IMG/VR virus record: IMGVR_UViG_3300048901_000333
Location: 1-50,212 of that record
Direction: 5' to 3' (one strand)
Source of the DNA: a virus
Taxonomy: Duplodnaviria; Caudoviricetes
DNA length: 50,212 nt
Positions 1-9,971 of the stretch are shown here, in pieces. The translations under genes and the position numbers were made by a program. The number at the start of each line of letters is the position of its first letter. Position 1 is the stretch's first letter. The notes below the pieces were generated by a model, which was given only the letters and a program-made list of their open reading frames with translations, did no database searches and was not told where the DNA came from.

Positions 1-120
1 CGCCGGCGACGGAGGAAAGCGGCGCCGGCGAGGAGGCCGAGCGCGCCCCAGGTCTGCATGTCCTCGCGCGTGACGCCGCGCGCGACGGTGAAGGGCGTGT
101 TGTAGCGGTTGTGCGCGTAG
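1..120. repeat. Terminal direct repeat (circularisation overlap), identical to 49912-50031 and 50081-50200
   Basis: Exact match cgccggcgacgg...gtgcgcgtag; the minus-strand ORF continues in frame across the junction. Confidence 0.95.
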
Positions 121-3100
121 ACCCAGGCCTTCGCCTCCTGGGCCGCCGAGGGCTGCACATTGAGCGCGTCGACCTCGGCGAACTCCGCCCCGCAAAACGA
201 GCTCCCGAGGTCGTACCCGATGGCGAACGACCCCGTCTTCTGGATGCCGCTGCCGGTCATCGAGCCCGTCGCCGTGAGCTCGGTGCCGTTCGAGACGTTG
301 AGCGTGCTCGAGGAACTCGTGGTGCCGGCGCCGTTCGTCGAGGAGAACGCCGCGAAGCCGCCCGACTGCGCGGTGCCCCAGGTGATCGTGTAGGTCGTGT
401 CGCTCACCGGCTTGAGCGTCCCGGAGCTCACGACCCCCATCGCGTGCGCGCCGCCGGCGCCGGAGAAGCGCACGCACCGGCCGTTGTTCGACTGCGTGGC
501 GCCGTACTTCATGACGACGAAGTACGCGACGGCCGTGGGCTGCGTCGTGTTGATGGCGAAGGTGCTCGCGAGGGAACACCGCTGCGTCGAGCCGTTCGTC
601 ACCAGCGTGGTCACGCCGGTGAAGGTCGAGCCGCTCCCGAAGACGGTGGAGGTGCCGCACGTCGGGCTGTTCGTGCACGTGAGGGTGTTCGTGCCGTTCG
701 TCGTCGAGAGGTTCGTGAGCGTCGAGGCGACGCCGCCGCTGCAGGCGATGCTCGTCGGGTCGTAGCGGGCGCCGATTTGCGCGCTCGTCCAGATGGTCGT
801 GGGGTCGAGCGTCGCGACGTAAATGGCGCCGCCGGTGAGCGCCGTCGGGCTCGAGGGGGCCGCGAGCGTGACGTCCCCGGTCGCGACCGACGCCGTCGTC
901 ACCGGATGCGTGCACGTCGCCGTCGCGCCCGTGGCGTCGCTCGAGCAGCTCGTGAGCGTCGTCGCCCCGAAGGTCGCTCCCGTGACGCCCCATGCGCCCC
1001 CGTTGCTCACGCTGATCTTCACGGCGAAGGTGTTCGTCACGTTCGCCGGGAGCGTCATCGTCGACGCCGGCGTGAGCCCCGTATGCGAGCCGTCGCTCGC
1101 GAGGGCGACCCCGGTGATCGCCGTCGCGGCGATCGTGAGCGCGCTCGCCTTCGTGACCGAGATGCCGTCGTAGCGCAGGTAGCGGACGCTGTACGGCCCG
1201 CCGAGGCCGATGCCCGTGGGCGTGACGAAGTCGATCCACTCGTCGCCGTAGCGATTCACGGCGGTGCAGTCCCACGCGGTCCCCGACCCGTCGATGACCT
1301 GCACGGGGTGCGTGGGGTCGAGGTCCCCGAAGTAGAAGCCGTACATCGTGACGCGCGTGCCGCGCCCCGCCGTCGCCGGCGTGACCGTCGTGATCGTGGG
1401 GTTCGGATAGGGCAGCCCCGAGTCGCCGGACTGCCGGAAAACGGCGTAGGCCGGCGCGGCGATCGACCCCGCGAAGGGGTCGCCGGTGGGGATGCCCGCG
1501 TCCTGGCCCGTCTCCATGGCCTGCGTCGGGTGGATCTGGTCGATGTAGACGGCGGTGTCGGCGAGCTTGCCGTATTGGCCGACCACGTTCGATGTGGTGC
1601 CGACGTCGAGCGTGATGAAGTTGTTCGCGCTCTGGATAGTCGCGTCGTTGAGCGTGTCGTTGATGGGGCGGCCGTAGTTCGTCCAGGTCCCCGTGCCATC
1701 GGTCGTCGTCGCGCCGTCGGTGCAATTCGGCGAGAGCGAGGCTCCCGAGGTGAACGTGCCGCCCGCGGTCGCCCGAAAGATCTTGAAGGTGCCCGAGCAC
1801 GAGTGCCGGAACCACGAGGGGGTCGCCGACGAGTACGACGTCGACGCGGCCCAGTCGGCGATCAGGTTGCCCGAGGTGTCGCGCCCGTTTCTCTTCGCTT
1901 CGAAGCTCGCCGAGGTGCCGGCGCTGACGACGCCGCGCGGGAGCATCGTCATCACGTACAGATTGCGGATGCTCGGCGAGGTGAGCCCGCGCACGTACGT
2001 AATCAGCGGCTGGAGGCTTCCGCTCCAGAAGGTCGCCGGCGTGAGCGTGTCGCCGACGGCGAAGTCATTCGTCCCCGAGAAGATGAGCGCGTCGTTGACG
2101 AGCTCCGCGCGGCGGATGGGCGCCCAGAGCGTGCGGTTCGCATAGGCGTCCGAGACCGTCCAGCCGCCCACCGCGAGCATGTAAAAGACGCGGTTGTCGA
2201 AGAACGGGAGGCTGTACGCGTACGTCGTCCAGGTGAGGACGCCGTTCGCCGTCGGCACCGACGAAATCGAGTCGGCGATGACGAGGACCGTGCCGGTGTA
2301 GTTGACCGACGTCGTGAGCCCGTAGCGCGCCGCGAGCGCCGCGGTGACGTTCGAGATCTGCAGGTACGAGAGCGCGCCCTTGTACGCGAAGAGGCGGAGG
2401 AGCTTCGTCTTCGAGGCGCCGGCGACCGAGCCCGAGCCGTTGTCGTGCGCGAAGATCGAGAAGGGCGAGACGGTGAAGTTCGACGCGCTCGTCTGCAGCG
2501 TGAGCGCCGCGAGGCCCGTCTTGTTGCCGTCGAAGAAGAGCTGGTTCTGGAGCGGGACGCCGGCCGAGATCGTGACCGGGTACGTCGCGGTGCGATCGTG
2601 GATCGCGCACCCGATGTGGTAGTCGGTGTTGACCGCGCTCCCGAGGACGCCGACGACGTCTTGCCGCGTCCCGCCGCCGGTGGTCGCCGTCGACCCCATC
2701 GAGACGCGGAGCTGGGGCCCGGCCGTCTCGTACAGGAGCGAGAAGCCGAGGGTCGACGTCGACGTGTACGCGTTCGTCCCCTGCTCGTAGATGAAGGAGT
2801 CGTTCGAGCTCGTCGCGTCGACCTGGGCGACCCAGCACACCGTCGCCGTCTTGCCGCCGAAGTCGACGTTCGACGTCGACTTGAGCCAGTCGTCGACGCC
2901 GTCCGAGACGAGGCACGGCCAGGTGCCCGTGCAGTTGGTCGTGTACGTCGGCTTGTTCGCCGTCGCCGGCGCCGTCCAGGTCCCGGAGCCGGCCTGCGCG
3001 ATCCACTGGTCCGCGCCGCCGCCGTTCGAGCACGCCGAGCCCCCGCACGTGAGCGTGACCGTGGGGTCGAGATCGAAGCCGAGCGCCGGGCTGGTGATGA

Positions 3101-3794
3101 CGCTCGGCTGAAAGACGGTGAAGCCGCTCGTCAGCGTGACGCTCTGGATGCCCCCGAACTGCGTGAGCGTGATGTTCCAGGCGCCCGCGGTGTACGGCCC
3201 GGGCTGCGTGAGGGTCGCGCCGAGGTACGTCCCCGTCGACGCGACGGTCACGCCGGTGAGGGACGTCGGCGTGCCGCTGATCGTCGCGGAGACCGTCGCC
3301 GTGGGGTCGAAGTTCGTGCCGATGCCGAACGTCGTCCCGCCCGAGACGTCGACGTAGCGGAAGAAGCTGAGCGTCGGATCGCCGACGTACGTGTGCGTCT
3401 GGATGGCGCTCGTGCCGGCCGTCGTGTGGAGCGTCCAGCCGAAGTTGCCCGCGGCGTGCGCGTTCGTCGTGATCGTGCAGGTCGTCGACGTGATGGACGA
3501 GACGCTGCCGAGCGTCGACGTCATGCCGCCGGTGAAGCCCGAGCCTGTGACGTGGACGGCGTAGCCGCCCTCGATGGGGCCCGTCGTGTGGTCGACGCTC
3601 GTGACCTTGGGGCCGCCGCCGGTGTCGATCGGGACGCCGCCCCAGGGGAACGCGCCGTACTTGCCGGGCTTCGAGTCGCACGCGGCGCCGACGGCGAGCG
3701 CCAGGAGGACGACGGCGGGGAACGCGCGCGGCCGCGCGCGCAGGAGGAGCGCGGCGAGCGCGACGAAGAGGGCGAAGCCGAGGAGGGGGATCAC
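1..3794 (-). CDS. Large (about 1279 aa) Ser/Thr/Gly-rich secreted or surface protein with IPT/TIG-like, LamG-like and SGNH esterase domains; continues across the junction to the stop at 49866
   Basis: Absent from the ORF track because its stop is across the junction. GTG at 3794 overlaps the upstream TGA. Hand translation gives [18 protein letters not shown]...LAVGAAC, SGNH blocks ADSIS/GTND/DQIHP, and C-terminal [18 protein letters not shown]. Confidence 0.8.
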   Translation of the reverse strand, partial: MIPLLGFALFVALAALLLRARPRAFPAVVLLALAVGAACDSKPGKYGAFPWGGVPIDTGGGPKVTSVDHTTGPIEGGYAVHVTGSGFTGGMTSTLGSVSSITSTTCTITTNAHAAGNFGWTLHTTAGTSAIQTHTYVGDPTLSFFRYVDVSGGTTFGIGTNFDPTATVSATISGTPTSLTGVTVASTGTYLGATLTQPGPYTAGAWNITLTQFGGIQSVTLTSGFTVFQPSVITSPALGFDLDPTVTLTCGGSACSNGGGADQWIAQAGSGTWTAPATANKPTYTTNCTGTWPCLVSDGVDDWLKSTSNVDFGGKTATVCWVAQVDATSSNDSFIYEQGTNAYTSTSTLGFSLLYETAGPQLRVSMGSTATTGGGTRQDVVGVLGSAVNTDYHIGCAIHDRTATYPVTISAGVPLQNQLFFDGNKTGLAALTLQTSASNFTVSPFSIFAHDNGSGSVAGASKTKLLRLFAYKGALSYLQISNVTAALAARYGLTTSVNYTGTVLVIADSISSVPTANGVLTWTTYAYSLPFFDNRVFYMLAVGGWTVSDAYANRTLWAPIRRAELVNDALIFSGTNDFAVGDTLTPATFWSGSLQPLITYVRGLTSPSIRNLYVMTMLPRGVVSAGTSASFEAKRNGRDTSGNLIADWAASTSYSSATPSWFRHSCSGTFKIFRATAGGTFTSGASLSPNCTDGATTTDGTGTWTNYGRPINDTLNDATIQSANNFITLDVGTTSNVVGQYGKLADTAVYIDQIHPTQAMETGQDAGIPTGDPFAGSIAAPAYAVFRQSGDSGLPYPNPTITTVTPATAGRGTRVTMYGFYFGDLDPTHPVQVIDGSGTAWDCTAVNRYGDEWIDFVTPTGIGLGGPYSVRYLRYDGISVTKASALTIAATAITGVALASDGSHTGLTPASTMTLPANVTNTFAVKISVSNGGAWGVTGATFGATTLTSCSSDATGATATCTHPVTTASVATGDVTLAAPSSPTALTGGAIYVATLDPTTIWTSAQIGARYDPTSIACSGGVASTLTNLSTTNGTNTLTCTNSPTCGTSTVFGSGSTFTGVTTLVTNGSTQRCSLASTFAINTTQPTAVAYFVVMKYGATQSNNGRCVRFSGAGGAHAMGVVSSGTLKPVSDTTYTITWGTAQSGGFAAFSSTNGAGTTSSSSTLNVSNGTELTATGSMTGSGIQKTGSFAIGYDLGSSFCGAEFAEVDALNVQPSAAQEAKAWVYAHNRYNTPFTVARGVTREDMQTWGALGLLAGAAFLRRR

Positions 3795-5275
3795 GGGTTC
3801 CCCGCGACGCGCCGCTGGATCTGCGCGATGGCGTTGATGCGGAACTTCTTCGGCGAAGCCTGGCCCTTCAGCTCGAAGATGACCTGGCCCGAGACGATGC
3901 GGATGCGCGCGCCGCTGTGCGGGTCCGTCGCGCCGTTCGCGCTCGAGATGCGCGAGACCGTCGCCTTCGCCGTGAGCGTGAGGTTGCCGCCCGTCGTGTC
4001 GCCGGTCTCGTGCGACGCGATGAGCGTCCCCGAATTGTCGCGGCTGACGAGGATCGGGCCGTACTGCGTGAAGCCGCTGTCGGGGTTCGCGGAGACCGTG
4101 TCGCTCGCGCCGGAGAAGTCGCCCGAGAGGACCTCGAAGATGAGGACGGCGAAGGAGTTGTTCGGGACGGTGCCCCCGTTCGGGTACGTCGCGACGGGCA
4201 CCCAGCTCGTCGCGTCGGTGAGGTACGCCGGCGCGCTCGCGCTCTCCTGCTCGTACCCGGAGCCCGACGCCGTCGTCATGTCGGTCGCCGGCATGAGCGC
4301 CTTCGCGCCCGGCGCGCCGAGGACGTTCGTGCTGCCGGTGCCATCGATCTGCGTGACGGTGGGGTTCGGGTAGGTCCCCCCGAGCGAGCCGCCGGCGGCG
4401 CCGAGGGGCCCTGTCGGCCCCGTGGCCCCCGTCGCTCCCGTCGCGCCCGCGGGCCCCGTCGGTCCTGTCGCGCCGGCGGCGCCATCGGCCCCCGCGGGTC
4501 CCGTCGGCCCCGTGGCGCCCACGCCAGCCGGCCCCGTGGGCCCCGTGATGCCCTGCAGCCCATCGGCCCCCGTCGGCCCGGTCGGCCCCGTGACGCCCGC
4601 TCCCGTGGCGCCGGTGGGCCCCGTCGGCCCCGTCGGGCCCGGAGCTCCGGCCCCGGTGGCCCCTGTCGGCCCCGTGGGCCCCGTCGGCCCGACCGAGCCT
4701 GCGCCGCCCGGCCCCTGCACGCCCTGCGGCCCCTGCGGCCCCGTGGGGCCCGTCGGGCCCGTGGCGCCCGTGGCGCCGACGCCATCGGCCCCCTGCGGCC
4801 CCTGCGGCCCCGTGGGGCCCGTCGGCCCGGGCGTCCCCGCGCCGCCCGCCGTCCCTGCGGGACCCGTCGCGCCCGTCGGCCCGAAGGGGCCCGTGGCTCC
4901 GGTCGGCCCCGTCGCGCCCGTCGCGCCCGGAGCTCCCTGGAGACCGCCCGGCCCGACGAGCGAGCCCGCCGGCGCGACCGTCGCCGCAGCGGCGTTGCCG
5001 GAGTAGCCGAGGTTCTTGAGCGTGACGTGCGTACCGTCGCCCGCGCTGATCACCTGCAGGCTCCCGAGCTGGTCGACGACGACGACCTGGCCCGGCACCA
5101 TCGCGGCCGACGTCGACACGTGCGCGATCGCCGTGCCGCCGACGGCGGGCATCGCGTAGTCGTCGAGGAGGAGCGCGTTGCCGACGCCGGCGGGACCCGT
5201 GGGGCCCGCGACGGTGGACGCCGGGCCCGGCGGCCCCTGCAGGCCAAGGGTGACGATCTCGAGGACCTCGTCCAT
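3791..5275 (-). CDS. Collagen-like (Gly-X-Y) fibre protein
   Basis: Long GPT/GAT/GPQ triplet run; start [17 protein letters not shown] in a TGATG overlap. Confidence 0.85.
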   Translation of the reverse strand: MDEVLEIVTLGLQGPPGPASTVAGPTGPAGVGNALLLDDYAMPAVGGTAIAHVSTSAAMVPGQVVVVDQLGSLQVISAGDGTHVTLKNLGYSGNAAAATVAPAGSLVGPGGLQGAPGATGATGPTGATGPFGPTGATGPAGTAGGAGTPGPTGPTGPQGPQGADGVGATGATGPTGPTGPQGPQGVQGPGGAGSVGPTGPTGPTGATGAGAPGPTGPTGPTGATGAGVTGPTGPTGADGLQGITGPTGPAGVGATGPTGPAGADGAAGATGPTGPAGATGATGATGPTGPLGAAGGSLGGTYPNPTVTQIDGTGSTNVLGAPGAKALMPATDMTTASGSGYEQESASAPAYLTDATSWVPVATYPNGGTVPNNSFAVLIFEVLSGDFSGASDTVSANPDSGFTQYGPILVSRDNSGTLIASHETGDTTGGNLTLTAKATVSRISSANGATDPHSGARIRIVSGQVIFELKGQASPKKFRINAIAQIQRRVAGNP

Positions 5276-5640
5276 CAGAACGTGCTCCGGTTTCGGACGA
5301 AGACGTCGAGCGCGACGAACGCGCGCTCGAGCCCGTCGGTGAAGGTGACGAGCAGCTCGCCGCGGTACACGGGCGACACGAGGCCGACGGTGCCGGCGGC
5401 GAAGAGGTCGACCTGCACGAGGCCGACGCCGAGCGCGTTGAGCGGCGTGCCGAGAGTGATGACGCCCGCGCTTGTCGAGGTGGTCGAGACGCTGAGCGCC
5501 GGCGTCGTGTCGTCGGGCTTCACGCGGAGCGCGAGGCGCGCGGTGCAGCCGGTGAAATCCACGGCGACGCCGCCCGAGATCCAGTTGAAGAAGAGCGTTT
5601 CGTTGACGCCCTGGAGGACGTTCCATCGCACGCGCTTCAT
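5275..5640 (-). CDS. Fibre-associated small beta protein (BppU-N/adaptor-like)
   Basis: [13 protein letters not shown] motif; lies directly upstream of the fibre gene. Confidence 0.6.
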   Translation of the reverse strand: MKRVRWNVLQGVNETLFFNWISGGVAVDFTGCTARLALRVKPDDTTPALSVSTTSTSAGVITLGTPLNALGVGLVQVDLFAAGTVGLVSPVYRGELLVTFTDGLERAFVALDVFVRNRSTF

Positions 5641-5659
5641 GCGGCGGAACCTAGGCCCG

Positions 5660-6190
5660 CTACTTGAGATCGATCGGGATGCCCTCGACGCCGTTGATGG
5701 TGTCGATCGTCTGGCCGTCGTCGTCGGTCGGGACGAGCTTCGCCTGCATCCCGAAGACGGCGTCCATCGTCGCGTCGAGGATCTGCCGCTCGCCCCCGCG
5801 GACGAGGAGCACGGGCCCGGCCCTCACGAAGGCGATGTTCACCTGGTGGTAGACGGTGGAGGCCGTGACCGTGGAGAAGCCCGCGCGCACCCGCTCGAGC
5901 AGCTCGTAGGGGATCATGAAGGTCGACTGGCTCTTCGCGCGGAGCGAGATGGTCACGCGCCGCCAGCCGGTGATCGTGCTGAGAAGCGCGTTCGGGTTGT
6001 CCTTGCGCGGCCGCTGCCGGTACTCGTCCTCTCCCTTGGTGCCGATGGAGAGCGGCGAGAGCTCGATCCACGCCGGCGAGCTCCGGGATTGCTGGCCCGG
6101 CTGTGTGCTCGGCTCGTCGACCCAGAAGGCCTGGGCGCGGGCGAGCTGGCGCACGAGACGGGCGAGCTCGTCGCGGGGGATGAGGTTCAT
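5660..6190 (-). CDS. Putative neck/tail terminator protein
   Basis: Start MNLIPRDEL in an ATGA overlap; size and position after head-completion genes. Confidence 0.6.
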   Translation of the reverse strand: MNLIPRDELARLVRQLARAQAFWVDEPSTQPGQQSRSSPAWIELSPLSIGTKGEDEYRQRPRKDNPNALLSTITGWRRVTISLRAKSQSTFMIPYELLERVRAGFSTVTASTVYHQVNIAFVRAGPVLLVRGGERQILDATMDAVFGMQAKLVPTDDDGQTIDTINGVEGIPIDLK

Positions 6191-6669
6191 CGGCCACGCT
6201 CCCGCACGGCGAAGCTGATCGAGCTTCGGAGCTGGCCGGTGTCGATGAGGGGCTTGGAGCTCCCCTTGCGCTCGATGGTCGAGGGGGCGTTGGGGGGATC
6301 GATGCCGGCGGCGATGCGCGCCTGGATCGCGCCCTGGCCGCGGAGGCCCACGAGCTCGAGGACCTGCTCCTTCGTCTTCGTCCCCTTGAGGACCTCCTGG
6401 AGGAGCTTGGCGAACTCCTCGCGGAGCTGCGGCTCCGCCTGGTCGAACCACGCCCGGATGAACGAACGCTCCGGCTCCGACTCGGTGCCGAACTCCGCCC
6501 ACGTGCCGACGTCGAGCACCGTGAGGGGCTGATTCCCCTCCGCGCCGGCCGCAGGCTGGGCGCCGTCGGCCTCGAGGATGCCCATGGCCACCTGGGGCGC
6601 CCCGAAGCGGTAGACGCGCTGGACGAGCGCCCGGAAGCCGCGGTCGCGATCGACGAACCGCCCGGCCAT
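6187..6669 (-). CDS. Neck / virion morphogenesis protein
   Basis: EFGT..PERSFIR and PPNAPSTIERKGSSKPLIDTGQLRSSI motifs. Confidence 0.8.
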   Translation of the reverse strand: MAGRFVDRDRGFRALVQRVYRFGAPQVAMGILEADGAQPAAGAEGNQPLTVLDVGTWAEFGTESEPERSFIRAWFDQAEPQLREEFAKLLQEVLKGTKTKEQVLELVGLRGQGAIQARIAAGIDPPNAPSTIERKGSSKPLIDTGQLRSSISFAVRERGR

Positions 6670-6671
6670 GG

Positions 6672-6953
6672 TCAGCACCCCGTGAACGAGAAGCCCGCGA
6701 CGACGGAGGTGCGGAGCTCGACGAACTCGTCCCAGTAGGTCGTCGTCTGGCCCGGCTTCACCTTCTCGTTCGAGCCGCGGTTCGCCATCGCGAGGTAGTG
6801 CGCCGTGAGGAGGCCGACCGCGTCGTCGGTCTGGTCGCCCCACACGGTGGCGTCGACCATGCGCTGCGCGCGCGCGAGGGCCCGCTCGATGAGCGCCGGG
6901 TCGGTCTCGGCGAACTCGAAGAAGTCGAACTGAAACGTCGGCACGTCGAGCAC
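6672..6953 (-). CDS. Head-tail adaptor (DUF4054-like)
   Basis: F..DF.EF, LLTAHYL and TTYW.EF motifs; follows the capsid gene. Confidence 0.75.
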   Translation of the reverse strand: MLDVPTFQFDFFEFAETDPALIERALARAQRMVDATVWGDQTDDAVGLLTAHYLAMANRGSNEKVKPGQTTTYWDEFVELRTSVVAGFSFTGC

Positions 6954-6969
6954 GGCCCGACCTCCGATG

Positions 6970-8106
6970 TCAGGTGTCGAGGTCGTCCATGTACGTGATG
7001 CCGCCCGGGATGTGGACGGACGCGCCGCCCTCCTCCGCGATGCACGGCACGATGTTGTTCAGCATGCGCTGCTGGGGCGCGAACTGCGTGAACATGCGGG
7101 CGCGCACGATCTCGGCGACCTCGGGGTCCTTGCAGTAGACCATCGTGCGGCCGTGGCCCGTGGCGCTCGCCGTCGCGAGCGGGCGCCAGTAGTCCGGCTC
7201 GAGGCCCGTCATCTTGCGGATGTAATCGAGCATCGAGTCGTCGGTGAACGCCGGCGAGCGCGGCGCCGTCTTGAGCGCGCGGTACAGCTTCGGCGACATG
7301 AGGAGGTTCGTCGCGGGGAAGCGGTCGTCGGTGTTCGCGGCGACGGCGTTCGCCATCGCGTTGACGTCGGAGATGATGCCGCTCATCGCGGCGACGGCGG
7401 CCGCCGGCGTGCTCGGCGTCGCCGCGGCGATGCTCGCGATCTGCGTGAGCCAGCTCCCCGTCGAGACCTGCGCCGTCGCCGTGACGCCGGGGGCGTTGGT
7501 CATGCCGGGGACGCCGGCGTCGGCGACGCCCACAGCGGCGATGACCTCGCCGAGGAACTCGATCGCGTAGCGCGCCGTGCGGGCGAGCGCGCTCTCGTAC
7601 GGCACGTTCGTCAGCGCCGCGCGGGCGATGTCCATGAAGTTGAAGTGCCAGGCGCAGCCCGTCGTCACGATCGGCGAGGGGAACTCCTTCGCGTCGAGCC
7701 CGACGAGCGGGAAGTCCACGGCCATCGGGTTGATGACCTGGGCCTGCCCCGTGCCGACGATCTGCCGGTAGTTGTACGTGAGGCTCCCCGGCGGGACCTC
7801 CGTGTTCAGCGGGAAGAACTCGGTCGCGCGAAGCCGCGGGAAGGGGATCTCGTAGACCTTCGCGAACGTGTACTCGAGCGATCGGGCGAAGGCGAGCGTG
7901 CCCCCGGCGTCGCCGCGGAACTCGGGCGAGCCGGCGCAGAGCTGCTCAGCGACCCACTCGGAGATGCTCGCGTCGAAGCGCTGCATCCCCTGGAACGGGT
8001 TGCCGAGCGAGAGCAGGACCGGCACCGAGGTGCCGCGCGCGTCGACGCGGATGGAGCGCGTTCCGAGGAGCTTCGCGCCGGGGTTGAGCTGCAGGCCTTC
8101 GAACAT
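6970..8106 (-). CDS. Major capsid protein (DUF2184-like, HK97 fold)
   Basis: 378 aa; LEY...VYE..FP.L.A.EFFP and PC....GG..VH.P..ITYMD motifs; synteny. Confidence 0.85.
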   Translation of the reverse strand: MFEGLQLNPGAKLLGTRSIRVDARGTSVPVLLSLGNPFQGMQRFDASISEWVAEQLCAGSPEFRGDAGGTLAFARSLEYTFAKVYEIPFPRLRATEFFPLNTEVPPGSLTYNYRQIVGTGQAQVINPMAVDFPLVGLDAKEFPSPIVTTGCAWHFNFMDIARAALTNVPYESALARTARYAIEFLGEVIAAVGVADAGVPGMTNAPGVTATAQVSTGSWLTQIASIAAATPSTPAAAVAAMSGIISDVNAMANAVAANTDDRFPATNLLMSPKLYRALKTAPRSPAFTDDSMLDYIRKMTGLEPDYWRPLATASATGHGRTMVYCKDPEVAEIVRARMFTQFAPQQRMLNNIVPCIAEEGGASVHIPGGITYMDDLDT

Positions 8107-8131
8107 GATGACGTCGTTCCCTTCGCGCTCT

Positions 8132-8716
8132 TCAGGGGAGGTTGACCGACACGCCCAGGATGCCGATCGACTGGTTCCACGGGTCCGTGTAGAGCTTCGC
8201 GAGGAGGCCCGGGTTGTAGACGGTGAGCCCCGTCGGAGCCGCGCCGATCTCGGCGCCCGCGGTCGTCGCCGTCGCTGTGAGCGTCGCGACGCCGCGCGGG
8301 TTCGCGCCCGTCGACGAGTGCCAGATGTTGAAGACGCCGAACTTCGGCGGCGTGCCGCCGCCGTCGTACGCCATCCAGATGCGGCCCCGCTTGAGGACCG
8401 GGATGCGGAAACCCTTGGGGTACCCCGCGAACGTCGAGCCCGCCGTCGACGCGGGGACCGCGTACGCGGCGAGCGCCTGCTCGACGAAGGGGTTGCGGAT
8501 CGAGATGCCGGCGATCGCCGTCGGGACGGCCGGCGGCCAGCCCGTCTGCTGGACGGCCTGCACGGTGCCGTCGGCCTTGTACTCGAGGGCGATCCCGAAC
8601 GGGATCACCTCGGCCGCGGTGCACGTGACGATGTCCCCGCCCTCGAAGGCGGAGGGGTCCATGAGCGCGCCCGGGAGGCCCGGGATCATCGCGCCGAGGA
8701 AGTTCAACAGGGCCAT
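8132..8716 (-). CDS. Head decoration/cement protein
   Basis: IPFG and VLKRGRIW motifs; lies between protease and capsid genes. Confidence 0.7.
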   Translation of the reverse strand: MALLNFLGAMIPGLPGALMDPSAFEGGDIVTCTAAEVIPFGIALEYKADGTVQAVQQTGWPPAVPTAIAGISIRNPFVEQALAAYAVPASTAGSTFAGYPKGFRIPVLKRGRIWMAYDGGGTPPKFGVFNIWHSSTGANPRGVATLTATATTAGAEIGAAPTGLTVYNPGLLAKLYTDPWNQSIGILGVSVNLP

Positions 8717-8718
8717 GG

Positions 8719-9948
8719 CTACTTGCTCCCCCCGGCCGCGGCGGTGGGCTTCCGCCAGCGTTCCTTCTCGCGCGTCTGGTAGGCGGCGTCGGCCTTCGCC
8801 ACCGGGTCCTCGTCGCCCTCGTCCTCGCGCTCCTGCGCGCCGCCGCCAGCGTCGCTGCGCGAGCCCGCGCCCGTGCGGGGAGGAGGCGCCGCGCGGCCGC
8901 CGCCCGGCGACGCCGAGCGCGTCTTGCCGAGCGCCTTCGTCGCCGCGTCGTGCCGGCTCGTCACCGCGCGGAAGGCTCCGGCGATGAACGCCTCGGCCCC
9001 CTCGGCGTCCGCCTTCGCCTCGGGTGCCTGGAGCACCTCGGGCTCGAGCTTCGCGAGGACCTCGCGCCGGATGGCGTCGTCGCTCTTGCCCGTGTGGGTC
9101 CACTTCGCGTCGAGGTGCGTCTTCGCCGTCGCGATGAGCGACGAGCGCGCCTCGACTCGCGCGTCGACCCGCGCCTGCTCGGCCTCGGCGCTCGCGGCGT
9201 CGTCACGCTCACTCGCCTCTTTCTTGAGGCGCGCGTTCTCCGCCTTGAGCGTCGCGAGCTCGCCGCGGAGCTCCGCGGCGTCGTCCTTCGGCGTCGGCGT
9301 GCCGCCCGCCGGCGTGTCCTTGCCCTTGCCGCCTTCGTCCTTGGTGCTCACGGGCGGAACGTAGACGCCGGGCTCGATCCCGCTCACCGCCTCCCCCGCG
9401 TCGAGGTGGAGCTTCACCTGCGGGCCCATGCGGCCCCAGCCCTTGGGTCCGAGCGCGACGTGGTTGCCACGGATGTCCCGTTGCACGGCGTCGTACGGCT
9501 GCCCGTTCCACACGCCCGGCGTGCGATCGAGGCGGCACTGGTAGCCGCACGAGATCTCCGCGAGCTCCTTCTTCTCGGCGCGGTCCATCGTGTCGGCGTC
9601 GCCGAGGAAGATGTCCGCGTCGGCGAAGGTGTTGTCGCGCGCCTCGGGCTGACCCGTGTGCCCGACGGTCACCTTCTTCCACGTCTTCGGATCGACGAGC
9701 CCGCCGGGGTGGTCGACCGTCACCGTCGCGTGCGCGAACGAGTCGAGCGTGTCCTTCGAGAGGACCTCTTCGGGCGGCCGGAGCTCGCGCAGGATGCTCC
9801 CGTCGGGCTGCTTGTATTCGAAGACGCCGGTGCGCGTGATCGTCGCGCGCGCGACCATCCCCCCGTGCGGCGTCTGGCGGCGGGGATTCTGGAGCTCGCC
9901 CTGCGCCAGGTCGAAGCGGAGCTCGCGGTGCACGATCTCGTCTGCCAC
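8719..9948 (-). CDS. DUF2213-family prohead protease/scaffold
   Basis: ITRTGVFEY, ELRPPEEV, VTVDHP, EISCGY and NHVAL...GR motifs plus a coiled-coil tail. Confidence 0.9.
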   Translation of the reverse strand: MADEIVHRELRFDLAQGELQNPRRQTPHGGMVARATITRTGVFEYKQPDGSILRELRPPEEVLSKDTLDSFAHATVTVDHPGGLVDPKTWKKVTVGHTGQPEARDNTFADADIFLGDADTMDRAEKKELAEISCGYQCRLDRTPGVWNGQPYDAVQRDIRGNHVALGPKGWGRMGPQVKLHLDAGEAVSGIEPGVYVPPVSTKDEGGKGKDTPAGGTPTPKDDAAELRGELATLKAENARLKKEASERDDAASAEAEQARVDARVEARSSLIATAKTHLDAKWTHTGKSDDAIRREVLAKLEPEVLQAPEAKADAEGAEAFIAGAFRAVTSRHDAATKALGKTRSASPGGGRAAPPPRTGAGSRSDAGGGAQEREDEGDEDPVAKADAAYQTREKERWRKPTAAAGGSK

Positions 9949-9971
9949 GCCGCGAAACCTAGCTTCGGCGC
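9949..9971. promoter_or_regulatory. Bidirectional leaderless promoter (AACCTAGCTT)
   Basis: TAGGTT on the minus strand 7 nt before GTG 9948; TAGCTT on the plus strand 6 nt before GTG 9972. Confidence 0.65.

Noticed and set aside
111-4373. 1420-aa plus-strand ORF and other long Arg/Ala/Gly-rich ORFs (3917-6532, 36665-40612, 47560-50016)
   Set aside because: Antisense shadow frames of high-GC genes on the minus strand; no recognisable motifs
4390-4960. Dense 9-bp-period repeats as a DNA repeat element or array
   Set aside because: Fully explained by Gly-X-Y collagen coding
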